The notes beneath the pieces were generated by a model, which was not told the origin of the DNA, ran no database searches, and saw only the letters and a program-made list of their open reading frames with translations. From Candidatus Zixiibacteriota bacterium (GTDB lineage: Bacteria; Zixibacteria; MSB-5A5; UBA10806; 4484-95), in the NCBI GenBank assembly GCA_037441845.1, contig JBBIRK010000001.1:128001-192000 (forward strand): a stretch of DNA of 64,000 nucleotides, in the 5' to 3' direction. How positions within the stretch are numbered: position 1 is the first letter of the stretch; every line of letters starts with the position of its first letter. Below are positions 19,552-29,408 of the stretch, in pieces. The position numbers were made by a program, and so were the translations under genes.

Positions 19552-19815
19552 TCATTTTTATACGATCGGGATATGTTCAAATATCCCGCTGAATAAAATA
19601 GTGAATATCCCGCCGCAGGCAAATCTTTTTCTTGAATTGAATAAAACTAAAGTTTCCGCCGGCGAACAGCAAATTGCCTGCCCCACTATATCCGGAAACT
19701 CCTCTCGACCTTATCGAATCCTCGTCGATATGCATCTCGGGGAATTTAATCTTTCGTCTTCCAATCCATCGCCGTCGATCAACACAGGCCTTTATGCCGG
19801 GATTCGCCTAATCGG

Positions 19816-21693
19816 CTATTGTAACCTTTTCGCGATCTCTTTAGCCAATGATGCGCCATCAAGGCGGCTGCCGAATTGACGTTTGATGCGCCCTGAAATG
19901 TAATTGATTTTTTCGGTGACGTCCGCAAATCGACCGTTGTCGATAGTCGCTATTAGCTTTTCGACCGCATCCTGGACTTTGCCATCGGTTATAGAAACAA
20001 TCGCATGTTTTTCGATCTCGGAACCGATCGATCCGACTTTGCCATCTTTAAGCGACCGCATTATTCCGTAAAGTCCTTCTTTTGTGATTTTCCGGTCGCG
20101 ATAGGCAATAAAAACCGCTTCGAGTTCGCCGTTCATTAATCGAATATGTTCATTTGCCTTGACACCGAGAATACTTAGCGCCGACCAGACGATATCCGGT
20201 TTGATTTTCAGAACGATCAAGCGATCGAATATCTCCGCCATCGGCGAAACCACCGCCTTCTCGGCGATACGTGCGGGTACTCCTGATTTGATCCATTTTT
20301 CCTCGACCTTATAGGCCGGATCGGACAATCCTCTTCTAAGTCGTTTCAGGAAATCCGAATCGATCTCGATCGGAGGACTGTCGGTATCCGGGTACATACG
20401 ATCGGGGCCGGGTAGAATCCGCTCGAAACCGGTGATTCCGCCCCGAAAGGCCTGCCTGGTTTCATTGGGCACACCTCGGGTCGCCTCGATTGCTCTAATC
20501 TTGATTTCGGATATTGCGGTCGCAACATCGGCCGCCGGTCCCCAGGTGATCACCATCGCGTCCGTATGTTTGCACATGCACTTTTCTCTAATCCGCCGCC
20601 AGAATTCGGGCGTAAACCCGGCCATGTCGGGAATATCGGAAACGGCGAGGTTCGGCATTTTATCGAGGCAAGCGATCACTTTCACTCTGCCGGAAAGCTC
20701 GTCTGCGAAAGTCATTCCCGGCTGTAAAGGCCAATTCAGTATCCCCGCGAAACCGTCGATTTTTATTCCCCGCACAGACCAGCCTCGGGCCAGCGCTTGC
20801 TCGATAACCGGAATCCTGAAAGGTCTGAGCTCGTCCTCGAGATCGAATTTTTCGCCGTGAATGGTCTTATCGGTGATTCCTCTTCCTCGGAGTGCATCCT
20901 TTATCGCCAGCAATTCGGCCTGCCGCGCTGCCTCGATTCCGGTCAGCTTCTCGACCATCCAGGTTTGCGGCACACCCTTGATCTCAACGCGGCTGCCGCC
21001 CGCTATGGAAACGTTGACATCTTGACGAACCGATCCGATCCCCCTTCTCACCAACCCCGAGGCCTTGAGTATGCGGCCGATAAGGGCGTTAACCTCCATG
21101 GCTTCGAGAGGGTTTCGCATATCAGGCGCGGTAATCACCTCCAAAAGCGGCATCGACAGCCGATCGGTTCTGAAAACTATGTCGTGCCCGATATCCGAGA
21201 TCTCGCGACAGGCGTCTTCCTCAAGACAGACATGGGTGATACTGATTTTGCGTTTTTTATAAGGCACCCAACCGTTGACGCCCACGATGGCCGTGCGTTG
21301 AAAGCCCGTCGGAATTGATCCGTCGAGGTATTGTTTTCGTGAAACGTGCAATTCATCGACGACCGCGCAATTCAACAACATCGCCAACTTTATGGCTATC
21401 TCCAGCGCCTCTCGATTCAACGGGAAAGGCGGCGTATCGTCCATCTCATAGGTGCAGCAATTATCGCGATATAGTTGATATATAACGTTTTTCTTGGTCT
21501 TGAACTCCATCAGAGCGGTGCCGTCGTATTCCCCCAGCTCCGACAATGTCGGCCGCATATGTCTTATGATTTCGGCCTCGGGCTTGTCGTTGCGATAGCC
21601 GGATGGGCAGCGGCAGAATAGCTTTTGACGTGTCAGCAGCTGTTGATGAATTTCCAGACCGCACCGGAATCCCAGCTTTTCGAAATCCTCCAA
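19816..21693 (-). CDS. gatE: Glu-tRNA(Gln) amidotransferase subunit E (archaeal type)
   Basis: GLEIHQQL..KLFCRCP, MRPTLSELGEYD, DGSIPTGFQRT, LEEDACR, RQDVNVSI..RVEIKGV, an AspRS-like insertion, GVPNETR and LPGPDRMYPDTD. Lacks the GatB-type C..LPG.LP segment. Confidence 0.88.
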   Translation of the reverse strand: MEDFEKLGFRCGLEIHQQLLTRQKLFCRCPSGYRNDKPEAEIIRHMRPTLSELGEYDGTALMEFKTKKNVIYQLYRDNCCTYEMDDTPPFPLNREALEIAIKLAMLLNCAVVDELHVSRKQYLDGSIPTGFQRTAIVGVNGWVPYKKRKISITHVCLEEDACREISDIGHDIVFRTDRLSMPLLEVITAPDMRNPLEAMEVNALIGRILKASGLVRRGIGSVRQDVNVSIAGGSRVEIKGVPQTWMVEKLTGIEAARQAELLAIKDALRGRGITDKTIHGEKFDLEDELRPFRIPVIEQALARGWSVRGIKIDGFAGILNWPLQPGMTFADELSGRVKVIACLDKMPNLAVSDIPDMAGFTPEFWRRIREKCMCKHTDAMVITWGPAADVATAISEIKIRAIEATRGVPNETRQAFRGGITGFERILPGPDRMYPDTDSPPIEIDSDFLKRLRRGLSDPAYKVEEKWIKSGVPARIAEKAVVSPMAEIFDRLIVLKIKPDIVWSALSILGVKANEHIRLMNGELEAVFIAYRDRKITKEGLYGIMRSLKDGKVGSIGSEIEKHAIVSITDGKVQDAVEKLIATIDNGRFADVTEKINYISGRIKRQFGSRLDGASLAKEIAKRLQ

Positions 21694-21932
21694 ATCCCTC
21701 TCGAAAGCTCACCTCCGCCAGTCACGTAATTTCGCCATATCGGATAAAATATCTATTTTATATGTATTGTCAAAAGGAAAGGGATACTGCGGGCGGATAT
21801 CGACAATTACGAACCGCCGAGACGAATGAAGTCGCCATTGACTATATTCGATTCGAGAAACCGACGGGTATTCCATTCCGACCGCGGAATAAAATCGTTT
21901 TGCTTCTTAACGTTCAAGCTTTATCTTTTGCC

Positions 21933-22826
21933 ATGCCCGCAAAAAAGCAAAGCAAAGAAATCGGGAAAGACCTCCTTATAGGAGCGCACATGTCGATCGC
22001 CGGCGGCACCTTCAATGCTTTCACCGAGGGTGAAAGGAAGGGCTGCCGCACGATTCAGATTTTCGTGAAAGCCTCCAATCAATGGCAGGCGAAGCCGCTG
22101 ACCGATGCCGAAATACGGAAATTCCATGAAGAGCAGAAAAGAACCGGCATCGAACCGGTGATAGCGCACGATTCATACCTGATAAATCTGGCCTCGCCGG
22201 ACAAGAACCTGCTCGACAAGTCAAGGAAAGCATTCTTGGTCGAAATGGAAAGATGCCGCGATCTCGGGATATATCACTTGGTGACCCATCCGGGCAGTCA
22301 CATGCAATCGGGCGAAAGCGAGGGAATACGGCGAGTCGGGGAGTCGCTCGGATGGCTTTTCGAGCGCACGGATGGTTTCGATGTGTTCATAACTCTCGAA
22401 ATAACCGCCGGTCAGGGAACCAACCTCGGCCACAAGTTCGATCAACTGGCCAAAATGATCGAGCTCTCGGGCGCCCCCGAGAGATGCCGGGTTTGTTTCG
22501 ATACCGCGCACGCTTTCGCGGCCGGATACGATATAGCCTCCCCCGAGGGGTATCGGCAAACCTGGGCTGAATTCGAACGTATAATCGGACTGGATATGCT
22601 GGCGGCGATACATTTGAACGATTCGAAAAAGGGTCTGGGAAGCCGGGTCGATCGTCATGATCATATAGGTAAAGGGGCGTTGGGGCTCGGGGCGTTTCGG
22701 ATGATAATGAATGATTCGAAGCTGGTTGATATCCCCAAGATACTGGAGACCCCGAAAGGCGACGAAGACGAAATGGACGAGGTCAATCTGGCGCTATTGC
22801 GGAAACTGGCAAGCGACAGGGGTTGA
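21933..22826 (+). CDS. nfo: Endonuclease IV
   Basis: GAHMSIAGG, HDSYLINLAS, HPGSH, EITAGQG, CFDTAHAFAAGYD, HLNDSK, DRHDHIG and ILETP motifs. Start reassigned to ATG 21933. Confidence 0.95.
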   Translation: MPAKKQSKEIGKDLLIGAHMSIAGGTFNAFTEGERKGCRTIQIFVKASNQWQAKPLTDAEIRKFHEEQKRTGIEPVIAHDSYLINLASPDKNLLDKSRKAFLVEMERCRDLGIYHLVTHPGSHMQSGESEGIRRVGESLGWLFERTDGFDVFITLEITAGQGTNLGHKFDQLAKMIELSGAPERCRVCFDTAHAFAAGYDIASPEGYRQTWAEFERIIGLDMLAAIHLNDSKKGLGSRVDRHDHIGKGALGLGAFRMIMNDSKLVDIPKILETPKGDEDEMDEVNLALLRKLASDRG

Positions 22827-22867
22827 AAGAAATCGTTTTTGTGGGGAGCTGCGGAAAGCAGGAAGTT

Positions 22868-24694
22868 ATGTTTTTCAAGAGGTCGATTATTTCGGCGGTG
22901 ATATTCACGGCCGCAATCAACATCAATTCCGCAGCCGATACCTACCTCGAAACCGTTTGCGCCAGAATACTTGCCGAAGGAAAGATCGACACTTTAAGCT
23001 CGGCCACCAATTATGTAAGATTCGGCGAGCGGGTGCCGATTTTTTTGCCCCCTTACACTATATATTGCGCCATTTTTCCATTCCGCGATTCCACTTATAG
23101 CGTGAGCCTCGATTTCCATGAGTTGGGGCCGGGGTTCAGATTGAAGCAAACCCGGATTAAGCCGAGCATCGCCCAGGAATTTGTAGTCGACAGTCTGGAA
23201 TCGAAATCGAATCGTTATCGCTATATTTTCCGACTACGCAACGATTCCCTGGCCGATTTCGCGCCGCTGCCAGAAGACAGTCTTTCGCCGCGGCCGTCGG
23301 TTCATTACGAGACGATGTTGGTCCCTGGCAGTTACGCCGATTATAAATGGCCCTCCCGGTCGGCATTGCTCGAGAGTTATTTCGACAAATTTCGCAAAGA
23401 GCTCTCTATAACCAGAGCCGGCAAGATCAACCTTAAAGTATATTCGAGCGCCGTGGAAAACGCCGCTCTGGATCATAAAAGCGGCATCGGATTCGATATT
23501 CCCGGGGGCAATTTATTCGTTGTGATGAACAAGCAATTTGACGCCGCTATGCCCGCCGAATTGCAGCGGTTCGTGATATACGAAACTTGGGGGGCCGGTT
23601 CAAGAGGATTGGCAGTCGGTATGGCCAGATATTTTCTTGACGATTCATTTCGTTCGAAAGACATAATTTCCCGAATGTCAAAGAATGAATTACTGGCTGC
23701 GCTTAAGGATGAAACCATCGCGACATCCGAAACCACAGATATGATTTGCGGCGCCTTTTGCAGATTCATAATCGACCGCCATGGGATTGGAGTGTTCAGG
23801 GAATTTTACGACAAATCGGCGCCGGGGCAATTGCCGATAGAGAAACAATTCGGCAAGAAGGAATCCGAATTCATATCGGAATTCATCGAATATGCACGAA
23901 ACTATAATATCCCTTTGAATACCGCGATCACCGCGGCCGATATGTATCGGGGATTGATGAGATTCGACTTGGCGGAACCGCTCGAAAGATATCTGGCCGA
24001 TGCCTACCCGGACAAGCGAGGGTTTTATTTCCGCCGTCTTGCCCAAACGCTTTTTTCGCAAGGGAAATACCAGGAATCGATTACGGTTTATGAACAGCTC
24101 GTGAGCCTGCCGGAAAACAGGACCTGGAATGCTTTGGCGGAATTAACGAAACTCAGGTCAGGCAAATTCGGCGCCGCTCTGCCAACTTTGATAAAACTTG
24201 CCGACCGTGACCAGTTGGCCAGAAAAGCGCTCGCCGAGTACTACCTTGATTTCGGAAAACCTGATAGCGCGGAGGTTTACCTTGCGCCGATAGAATCGGT
24301 CCATGATACTTGGACGGCCATCCTAAAAGCAAGATCGGCTGAACATAAAGGGAAAACCAACCTTGCCGACTCATTGTCGGAAATCGGGTTAAGATTGGCC
24401 GAAAAAATTATCAGCAAGATACCGGGCGAAGCCAGAGGATATATCGATGCCGGTTACTGTAGGTTGATAAAGGGCGACTATCACTGGGCGAAAGCCGATT
24501 TTGAGGCCGCACTTTTCGTCGACGATCGCCCCTACTATACAGCAACGGCACTATTGGGTCTGGGTCGGCTTCATGAGCGTATCGGGGAAAAAACCAAGGC
24601 CATGGAATATTATAAGCAGGCGGCGGAATCCAACGGCGGAGGTTATAATCTAAGCCTCGCCGAATTGCTATTGGGAAATCTGGCCGATAAATGA
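22868..24694 (+). CDS. Exported TPR-repeat protein
   Basis: Signal-peptide-like N-terminus from ATG 22868; C-terminal TPR-like helices (LAQTLFSQGKYQESI, LGLGRLHERIGEKTKAMEYY). Confidence 0.6.
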   Translation: MFFKRSIISAVIFTAAININSAADTYLETVCARILAEGKIDTLSSATNYVRFGERVPIFLPPYTIYCAIFPFRDSTYSVSLDFHELGPGFRLKQTRIKPSIAQEFVVDSLESKSNRYRYIFRLRNDSLADFAPLPEDSLSPRPSVHYETMLVPGSYADYKWPSRSALLESYFDKFRKELSITRAGKINLKVYSSAVENAALDHKSGIGFDIPGGNLFVVMNKQFDAAMPAELQRFVIYETWGAGSRGLAVGMARYFLDDSFRSKDIISRMSKNELLAALKDETIATSETTDMICGAFCRFIIDRHGIGVFREFYDKSAPGQLPIEKQFGKKESEFISEFIEYARNYNIPLNTAITAADMYRGLMRFDLAEPLERYLADAYPDKRGFYFRRLAQTLFSQGKYQESITVYEQLVSLPENRTWNALAELTKLRSGKFGAALPTLIKLADRDQLARKALAEYYLDFGKPDSAEVYLAPIESVHDTWTAILKARSAEHKGKTNLADSLSEIGLRLAEKIISKIPGEARGYIDAGYCRLIKGDYHWAKADFEAALFVDDRPYYTATALLGLGRLHERIGEKTKAMEYYKQAAESNGGGYNLSLAELLLGNLADK

Positions 24695-26736
24695 CATTCC
24701 TGAATTCCATTTTTTTGGCTGCTCTCGCTGCGGTCGTTATTCCGCTTCTGATTCACTTTTTATCCCGCAGAAGAATCAAGGTGGTCGATTTTTCATCGCT
24801 GCGTTTCTTGCTGCAAATGCAAAAGTCCCGCCTGCGTTGGCTGAAAATTCGTGACATTATCCTACTACTGCTTCGAATCGCCATTCTCGCCATGCTGGTT
24901 CTTGCATTCGCGAGACCGACGATCACCGGACGAAGAGTACAGAGCAACGCTCCGGTTTCGACGGCATTCCTAATTGACAACTCGCTTTCAACTGAGGCCG
25001 CTTCGAGTGCCGGCATCGTGTATGACGATCTAAAGCGGTCTGCCCTCGCAATTTTGGATATGGCAAAGCCGGGCGATGAGATTTTCATAATCACTTTGGC
25101 CGGCCGGCCCACCTTGCTCGGCCGTTTCGGAGATTCGGCCAGGGCCCGCACCGCCCTGCTGTCATCGACTCCGCAGGCAGGTTCACCGGACGTAGCCGGA
25201 GGATTGGCGTTGGCGACGGAACTTCTTGAGACAAGCCATAACCTCAATCGGGATATATTCTTGATTTCCGACCTTCAAGATGGGCCCCACTGGGGAAGCT
25301 TGAAAAATATGGGTGGTGATCGCCGCACCCAATTGTTTATAATCGATCCCGAGCCAAGGAATAATCTGAATTTCGCCATCGGCTCGATCGAATTCCCTCC
25401 CCAACTATTAGCGCCGGGTGAGGATTTTCAGATCAAGGCTTTTATCAGAAATCATTCCCGGACGGAATCGGCAGATAGACTCGTAGAACTGCATATCGAT
25501 AATTCCAAGAAGGCGCAAACCATCGTTTCGCTGAAACCGCAAGAAGCTCGCGCGGTTGAATTCGTTACCAGAATCGATCAGTCGGGGCGTCATCTGGGAT
25601 ATATGGAAATTGAAGACGACGATTACCCCCCAGATAACCGAGCCTATTTCAGTATCGAAATCCCGAAAAAAATCAGGGTGTTGGGATTAAGCGAAAACCA
25701 CGAGGGGGCTCGAATTCTGAATAATTGCCTGGCTAAAAGCAAGATCGGCTTCATAGAATATACCGAGATTCATCCCCAAGCGATCGGACGTATCGAATTA
25801 TCGGGTTATGATGTCATTATAGTCAATGATATTCCGACGCCCGAACCGATATCAGGAGGGCTGTTAAAGGATTTTTTGGGAAAAGGCGGCGGCATTTTGC
25901 TTATTTTCGGAAATCGATCTATACCGGAATCCTGGCGGGATTTCCTGCTTGAGATATCAGACATTACGATCGATTCCGGCAAGCCGGCTATAGCAGGCTA
26001 CGGAGAGTCTTATTTTGAACCGGCTGAATTCGATTATTCGCATCCTATTCTAAATATATACAGCCCGCAAAATGAAGAAGCTCCGGCTATCCCTCCGCTG
26101 AAACTATGGACAATCCGTCCAATCGCAGGAGGCAAGAACCTAATCACTTTGGCCGATCGACGATCGGTGATGGCCGAATCGGAGAAGGCCAAAATCATTA
26201 TCCTCGGAACGGGGTTGGATTTGAAAAGCTCCGATTTAGCCATCCATTCATTTATCGTTCCCCTGCTTATACGCACCGTCGAGTATCTGGCGACATCGAA
26301 AACATGGCGTGAGGAATACCTGACCTCGGGGAAAAGTTCGACCCTCGTCTTGGGCGATACGAAATCATCCGCGGCGGTAACCCTATCAGGCCCCGGAACC
26401 GCGGAAAGCATAGAATTGAAACGCGGCCTATACGGAAGCTTCATAAATCTATCGCCGAACAAGACACCCGGATTTTATTCGGTTATCGATGGTTCCGACA
26501 CTTTGGCGGTTTTCGCGATAAATCACGACAGCCTCGAATCGATTGACCGACGCGTCGAATTGGATCAGCTGAAGAAATCGCTGGGAGACATTACCGTGAT
26601 CGGGACCGGTCGAAACGTCGCGGAAAAAGTGAGGCAAGCCAAGTTCGGATTCGAACTTTGGAAATACTGCTTGGCTATTGCATTGCTGTTATTAATTCTC
26701 GAATCACTTTTAACCATCGAACTTAAAGCAAAATAG
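24691..26736 (+). CDS. BatA / VWA-domain membrane protein
   Basis: MTFLN...PLLIHF...FSSLRFL...LAFARP double-TM BatA N-terminus; IDNSLS MIDAS-like motif, ISDLQ, DNRAYF; C-terminal ELWKY TM helix. Confidence 0.85.
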   Translation: MTFLNSIFLAALAAVVIPLLIHFLSRRRIKVVDFSSLRFLLQMQKSRLRWLKIRDIILLLLRIAILAMLVLAFARPTITGRRVQSNAPVSTAFLIDNSLSTEAASSAGIVYDDLKRSALAILDMAKPGDEIFIITLAGRPTLLGRFGDSARARTALLSSTPQAGSPDVAGGLALATELLETSHNLNRDIFLISDLQDGPHWGSLKNMGGDRRTQLFIIDPEPRNNLNFAIGSIEFPPQLLAPGEDFQIKAFIRNHSRTESADRLVELHIDNSKKAQTIVSLKPQEARAVEFVTRIDQSGRHLGYMEIEDDDYPPDNRAYFSIEIPKKIRVLGLSENHEGARILNNCLAKSKIGFIEYTEIHPQAIGRIELSGYDVIIVNDIPTPEPISGGLLKDFLGKGGGILLIFGNRSIPESWRDFLLEISDITIDSGKPAIAGYGESYFEPAEFDYSHPILNIYSPQNEEAPAIPPLKLWTIRPIAGGKNLITLADRRSVMAESEKAKIIILGTGLDLKSSDLAIHSFIVPLLIRTVEYLATSKTWREEYLTSGKSSTLVLGDTKSSAAVTLSGPGTAESIELKRGLYGSFINLSPNKTPGFYSVIDGSDTLAVFAINHDSLESIDRRVELDQLKKSLGDITVIGTGRNVAEKVRQAKFGFELWKYCLAIALLLLILESLLTIELKAK

Positions 26737-26928
26737 CAAAATCCACTTATTGATGACTCCGATCTTCGAACCGAATTCCGTCGGCAAACAATAATAGAAT
26801 AATTTTCAGCCCGCCGGGATCTTTTTTCCTTAAATAAGATCAAGCCGCTTTATTCAATCTCAACCCGAAAATTCGGTAATTCTTTTGCCTGCTTATAATT
26901 AGATCGATATCGGATTATCGTTTTCAGG

Positions 26929-26944
26929 CGGCACACTCTTTGCG
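26929..26944 (+). promoter_or_regulatory. Putative sigma54 (-24/-12) promoter
   Basis: CGGCACactctTTGCG gives GG-N10-GC and matches the TGGCAC-N5-TTGC consensus; about 45 nt upstream of ATG 26990. Confidence 0.6.
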
Positions 26945-26989
26945 TTGTTTGATAACGGAAAAAAATACATTCGATCACAGCGAGGGTGT

Positions 26990-29320
26990 ATGTCAAATAG
27001 ATCAATTATCTTAATCGCCATTGCGTTCTGGGCGGCGTACAGTCAGGGGCAGAATCTGCCGCAAGGAATCTCTCAAACCCAACTCGAACTTATAGGCAAA
27101 AGACTTCAATCCCGTGGCGTGGTTGCCGATACCGGAGTCGAAAAATATTACTCCCCTGCGGTCTTCGAATCCGAGCTTGCGGACGATTCATTGACCATCT
27201 CGAATCTCGGCCAAAATTTTACAACCGTAGAGAATAGGACTTCGGCCGCTGATTCAGTTCTTAAACCTTACGGAATGGAAATTTTTTCCTCACAATCGCG
27301 TTTTTTCGAGCAATCATCGCCGGCCATGCCGCCTGCCGATTATCGGGTCGGTCCCGGTGACAATATCTTGGTGCGCACCTGGGGGCGAGTCGAACTCGAT
27401 CTGAACCTTGAGGTCGATCGTGAAGGATCGATTTTCATTCCCAAAATCGGTGACCTGACGGTTCAGGGTGCGACACTTTCGGAAATCGAAAAAATTCTGA
27501 AAAGCAATCTCGATAAAATCTATTCCGATTTTCGACTTTCGGTGACTTTCGGCAAGCTGCGGCAGATAAGAGTTTTTGTTTTCGGCGAGGTGAAACACCC
27601 GGGCGGATATTCGGTCAGTCCTCTGGCAACGGTCCTTCAGGCGCTTTATATAGCCGGCGGCCTCACTGAAAACGCCTCGATGAGGTCGGTGCAGCTGGTG
27701 CGGAATTCCAAACCATATTCGACTTATGACCTTTACGATTTGCTTATGAAAGGGGACAACTCCAAGGACCTCAATCTTCGTTCGGGAGATGTCGTCTATG
27801 TGCCGGTAACCGGCCCGCGTATCAGCATAACCGGAGAAATTCGGCGGCCGGCGATATATGAATTAACCCCGAGCGAGGGACTGAAGGAAGCCCTTCAATT
27901 CGCCGGCGGCGTTTTACCGACCGCATATCTGCAATCGGTCGCCATCGACCGCGTCGGAGAAACCGACAATCGATTTCTTTATAATATAAATATCTCCAAT
28001 ATCGATTCCCTTTCGCCGGAAGAGTTGAAACTTCGAGACGGTGATCGGCTTAGAGTGCCGTCGATATACGAATTTCATGCCAACATGGTGCAACTTGCCG
28101 GACACGTTACGCACCCCGGCCCATTCGGCATGAAAGACTCAATGTATATCATAGATCTCATCGCCGGCGGCGGACAGCTTAAGGCCGATGCTTACCTTGA
28201 AAGCGCCAAGCTTTTTAGGATGGAAAACGACGGCCGACGTTCGGTCTTGCCGATCAATCTCAAGAAGATCCTGACCGGCGATAGAAGTTCCGATATTTTA
28301 CTCAGGGAACAAGACAGCCTTCACATATTTTCGTATGCCGAGGTGACCCGGGACAATTTCGTATATATTGAGGGCGAGGTGGCTAAGCCGGGGAAGTATC
28401 CTCTCTATCACAACATGAAACTTTCAGATCTTATCTTCCTGGCCGGCAACCTGACCAAAGCATCCTACTTACTCGAGGCCGAAATCGCTAGATTCAACGG
28501 GAATAAATCGACCGATATTTACCGGGTCGACTTGACCGAGATTCTCGGACAAGATTCCGCCGACTGCGACTTTGTATTGCACGATGAAGACCATGTGTTT
28601 ATCAGGCAACTGCCCGATTGGAAGCCGATCGAGATAGTGATTATAGAAGGAGAAGTCAGGTTCCCCGGCAAATACGCTTTATCCAGAAGAAACGAACGGC
28701 TTTCGGAGATAATCGCGCGGGCAGGAGGATTGACCGCCGATGCTTTTCCCGAAGGTTCGATTCTGCTGCGTCGTTCCATATCAAAGGATATTTCACGCCG
28801 AAACATAACGAATATTATTCACAATACCACCGAAACCTTCCTGGATTCGACCGGCAGGCAGATCGAAAAATTGCAGGTCGGGTTCGATCCCAACCAGTTG
28901 AATCGAGTGGTAATCGATCTGCCGAAAATTTTACAATCGCCTCTCGGACCCGAGGATATAGCGATGGCTGACTCGGATTACTTGTATGTCCCCGGAACTC
29001 CACCGGGTGTTCAGGTTATCGGAGCTGCCGCCTCCAACGGCACCATATCCTATCAAAAAAACAAAGATCTCAAATACTATATCGAACAGGCCGGTGGATT
29101 CGCCCCCGATGCCGACAGAGGTCAGGTGAGATTAGTCAAGCCGAACGGCAAGGTGCTCTACGGTCGGCAGGCTTTTTCCAAAAAGGTGGCTCTCGGCGAT
29201 GTCATAATCGTGCCCGCGAAAATCAAGCGAAAATCCGATGTGGGCAAGGCGCTGGCGACCGCGGCCACAATCGTGGGTTCGATGGCCACGACCGTTTTTA
29301 TAGTCAATCAACTCAGGTAG
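26990..29320 (+). CDS. Polysaccharide export protein with multiple SLBB domains (Wza/KpsD-like)
   Basis: YRVGPGD, VDREGSIFIPKIG and repeated GEV..PG.Y / L..GD.VYVP SLBB units; C-terminal amphipathic helix. Confidence 0.88.
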   Translation: MSNRSIILIAIAFWAAYSQGQNLPQGISQTQLELIGKRLQSRGVVADTGVEKYYSPAVFESELADDSLTISNLGQNFTTVENRTSAADSVLKPYGMEIFSSQSRFFEQSSPAMPPADYRVGPGDNILVRTWGRVELDLNLEVDREGSIFIPKIGDLTVQGATLSEIEKILKSNLDKIYSDFRLSVTFGKLRQIRVFVFGEVKHPGGYSVSPLATVLQALYIAGGLTENASMRSVQLVRNSKPYSTYDLYDLLMKGDNSKDLNLRSGDVVYVPVTGPRISITGEIRRPAIYELTPSEGLKEALQFAGGVLPTAYLQSVAIDRVGETDNRFLYNINISNIDSLSPEELKLRDGDRLRVPSIYEFHANMVQLAGHVTHPGPFGMKDSMYIIDLIAGGGQLKADAYLESAKLFRMENDGRRSVLPINLKKILTGDRSSDILLREQDSLHIFSYAEVTRDNFVYIEGEVAKPGKYPLYHNMKLSDLIFLAGNLTKASYLLEAEIARFNGNKSTDIYRVDLTEILGQDSADCDFVLHDEDHVFIRQLPDWKPIEIVIIEGEVRFPGKYALSRRNERLSEIIARAGGLTADAFPEGSILLRRSISKDISRRNITNIIHNTTETFLDSTGRQIEKLQVGFDPNQLNRVVIDLPKILQSPLGPEDIAMADSDYLYVPGTPPGVQVIGAAASNGTISYQKNKDLKYYIEQAGGFAPDADRGQVRLVKPNGKVLYGRQAFSKKVALGDVIIVPAKIKRKSDVGKALATAATIVGSMATTVFIVNQLR

Positions 29321-29408
29321 CCCGAGATAGCTATTGCCGGTCAAACTTTCGAAAATGCCAAGAATACCGATGAAAATATCATCAGCAGTGGCAGCAAGTG
29401 AGGTAACA

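Noticed and set aside
19552..19815. tRNA-associated integration site or island around gatE
   Set aside because: No integrase, transposase or duplicated tRNA 3' end was seen, and the tRNA 3' side abuts ffs directly.
21603..21932. 110-aa N-terminal extension of endonuclease IV in the ORF track
   Set aside because: It overlaps the divergent gatE start and promoter region; Nfo homology begins after ATG 21933.
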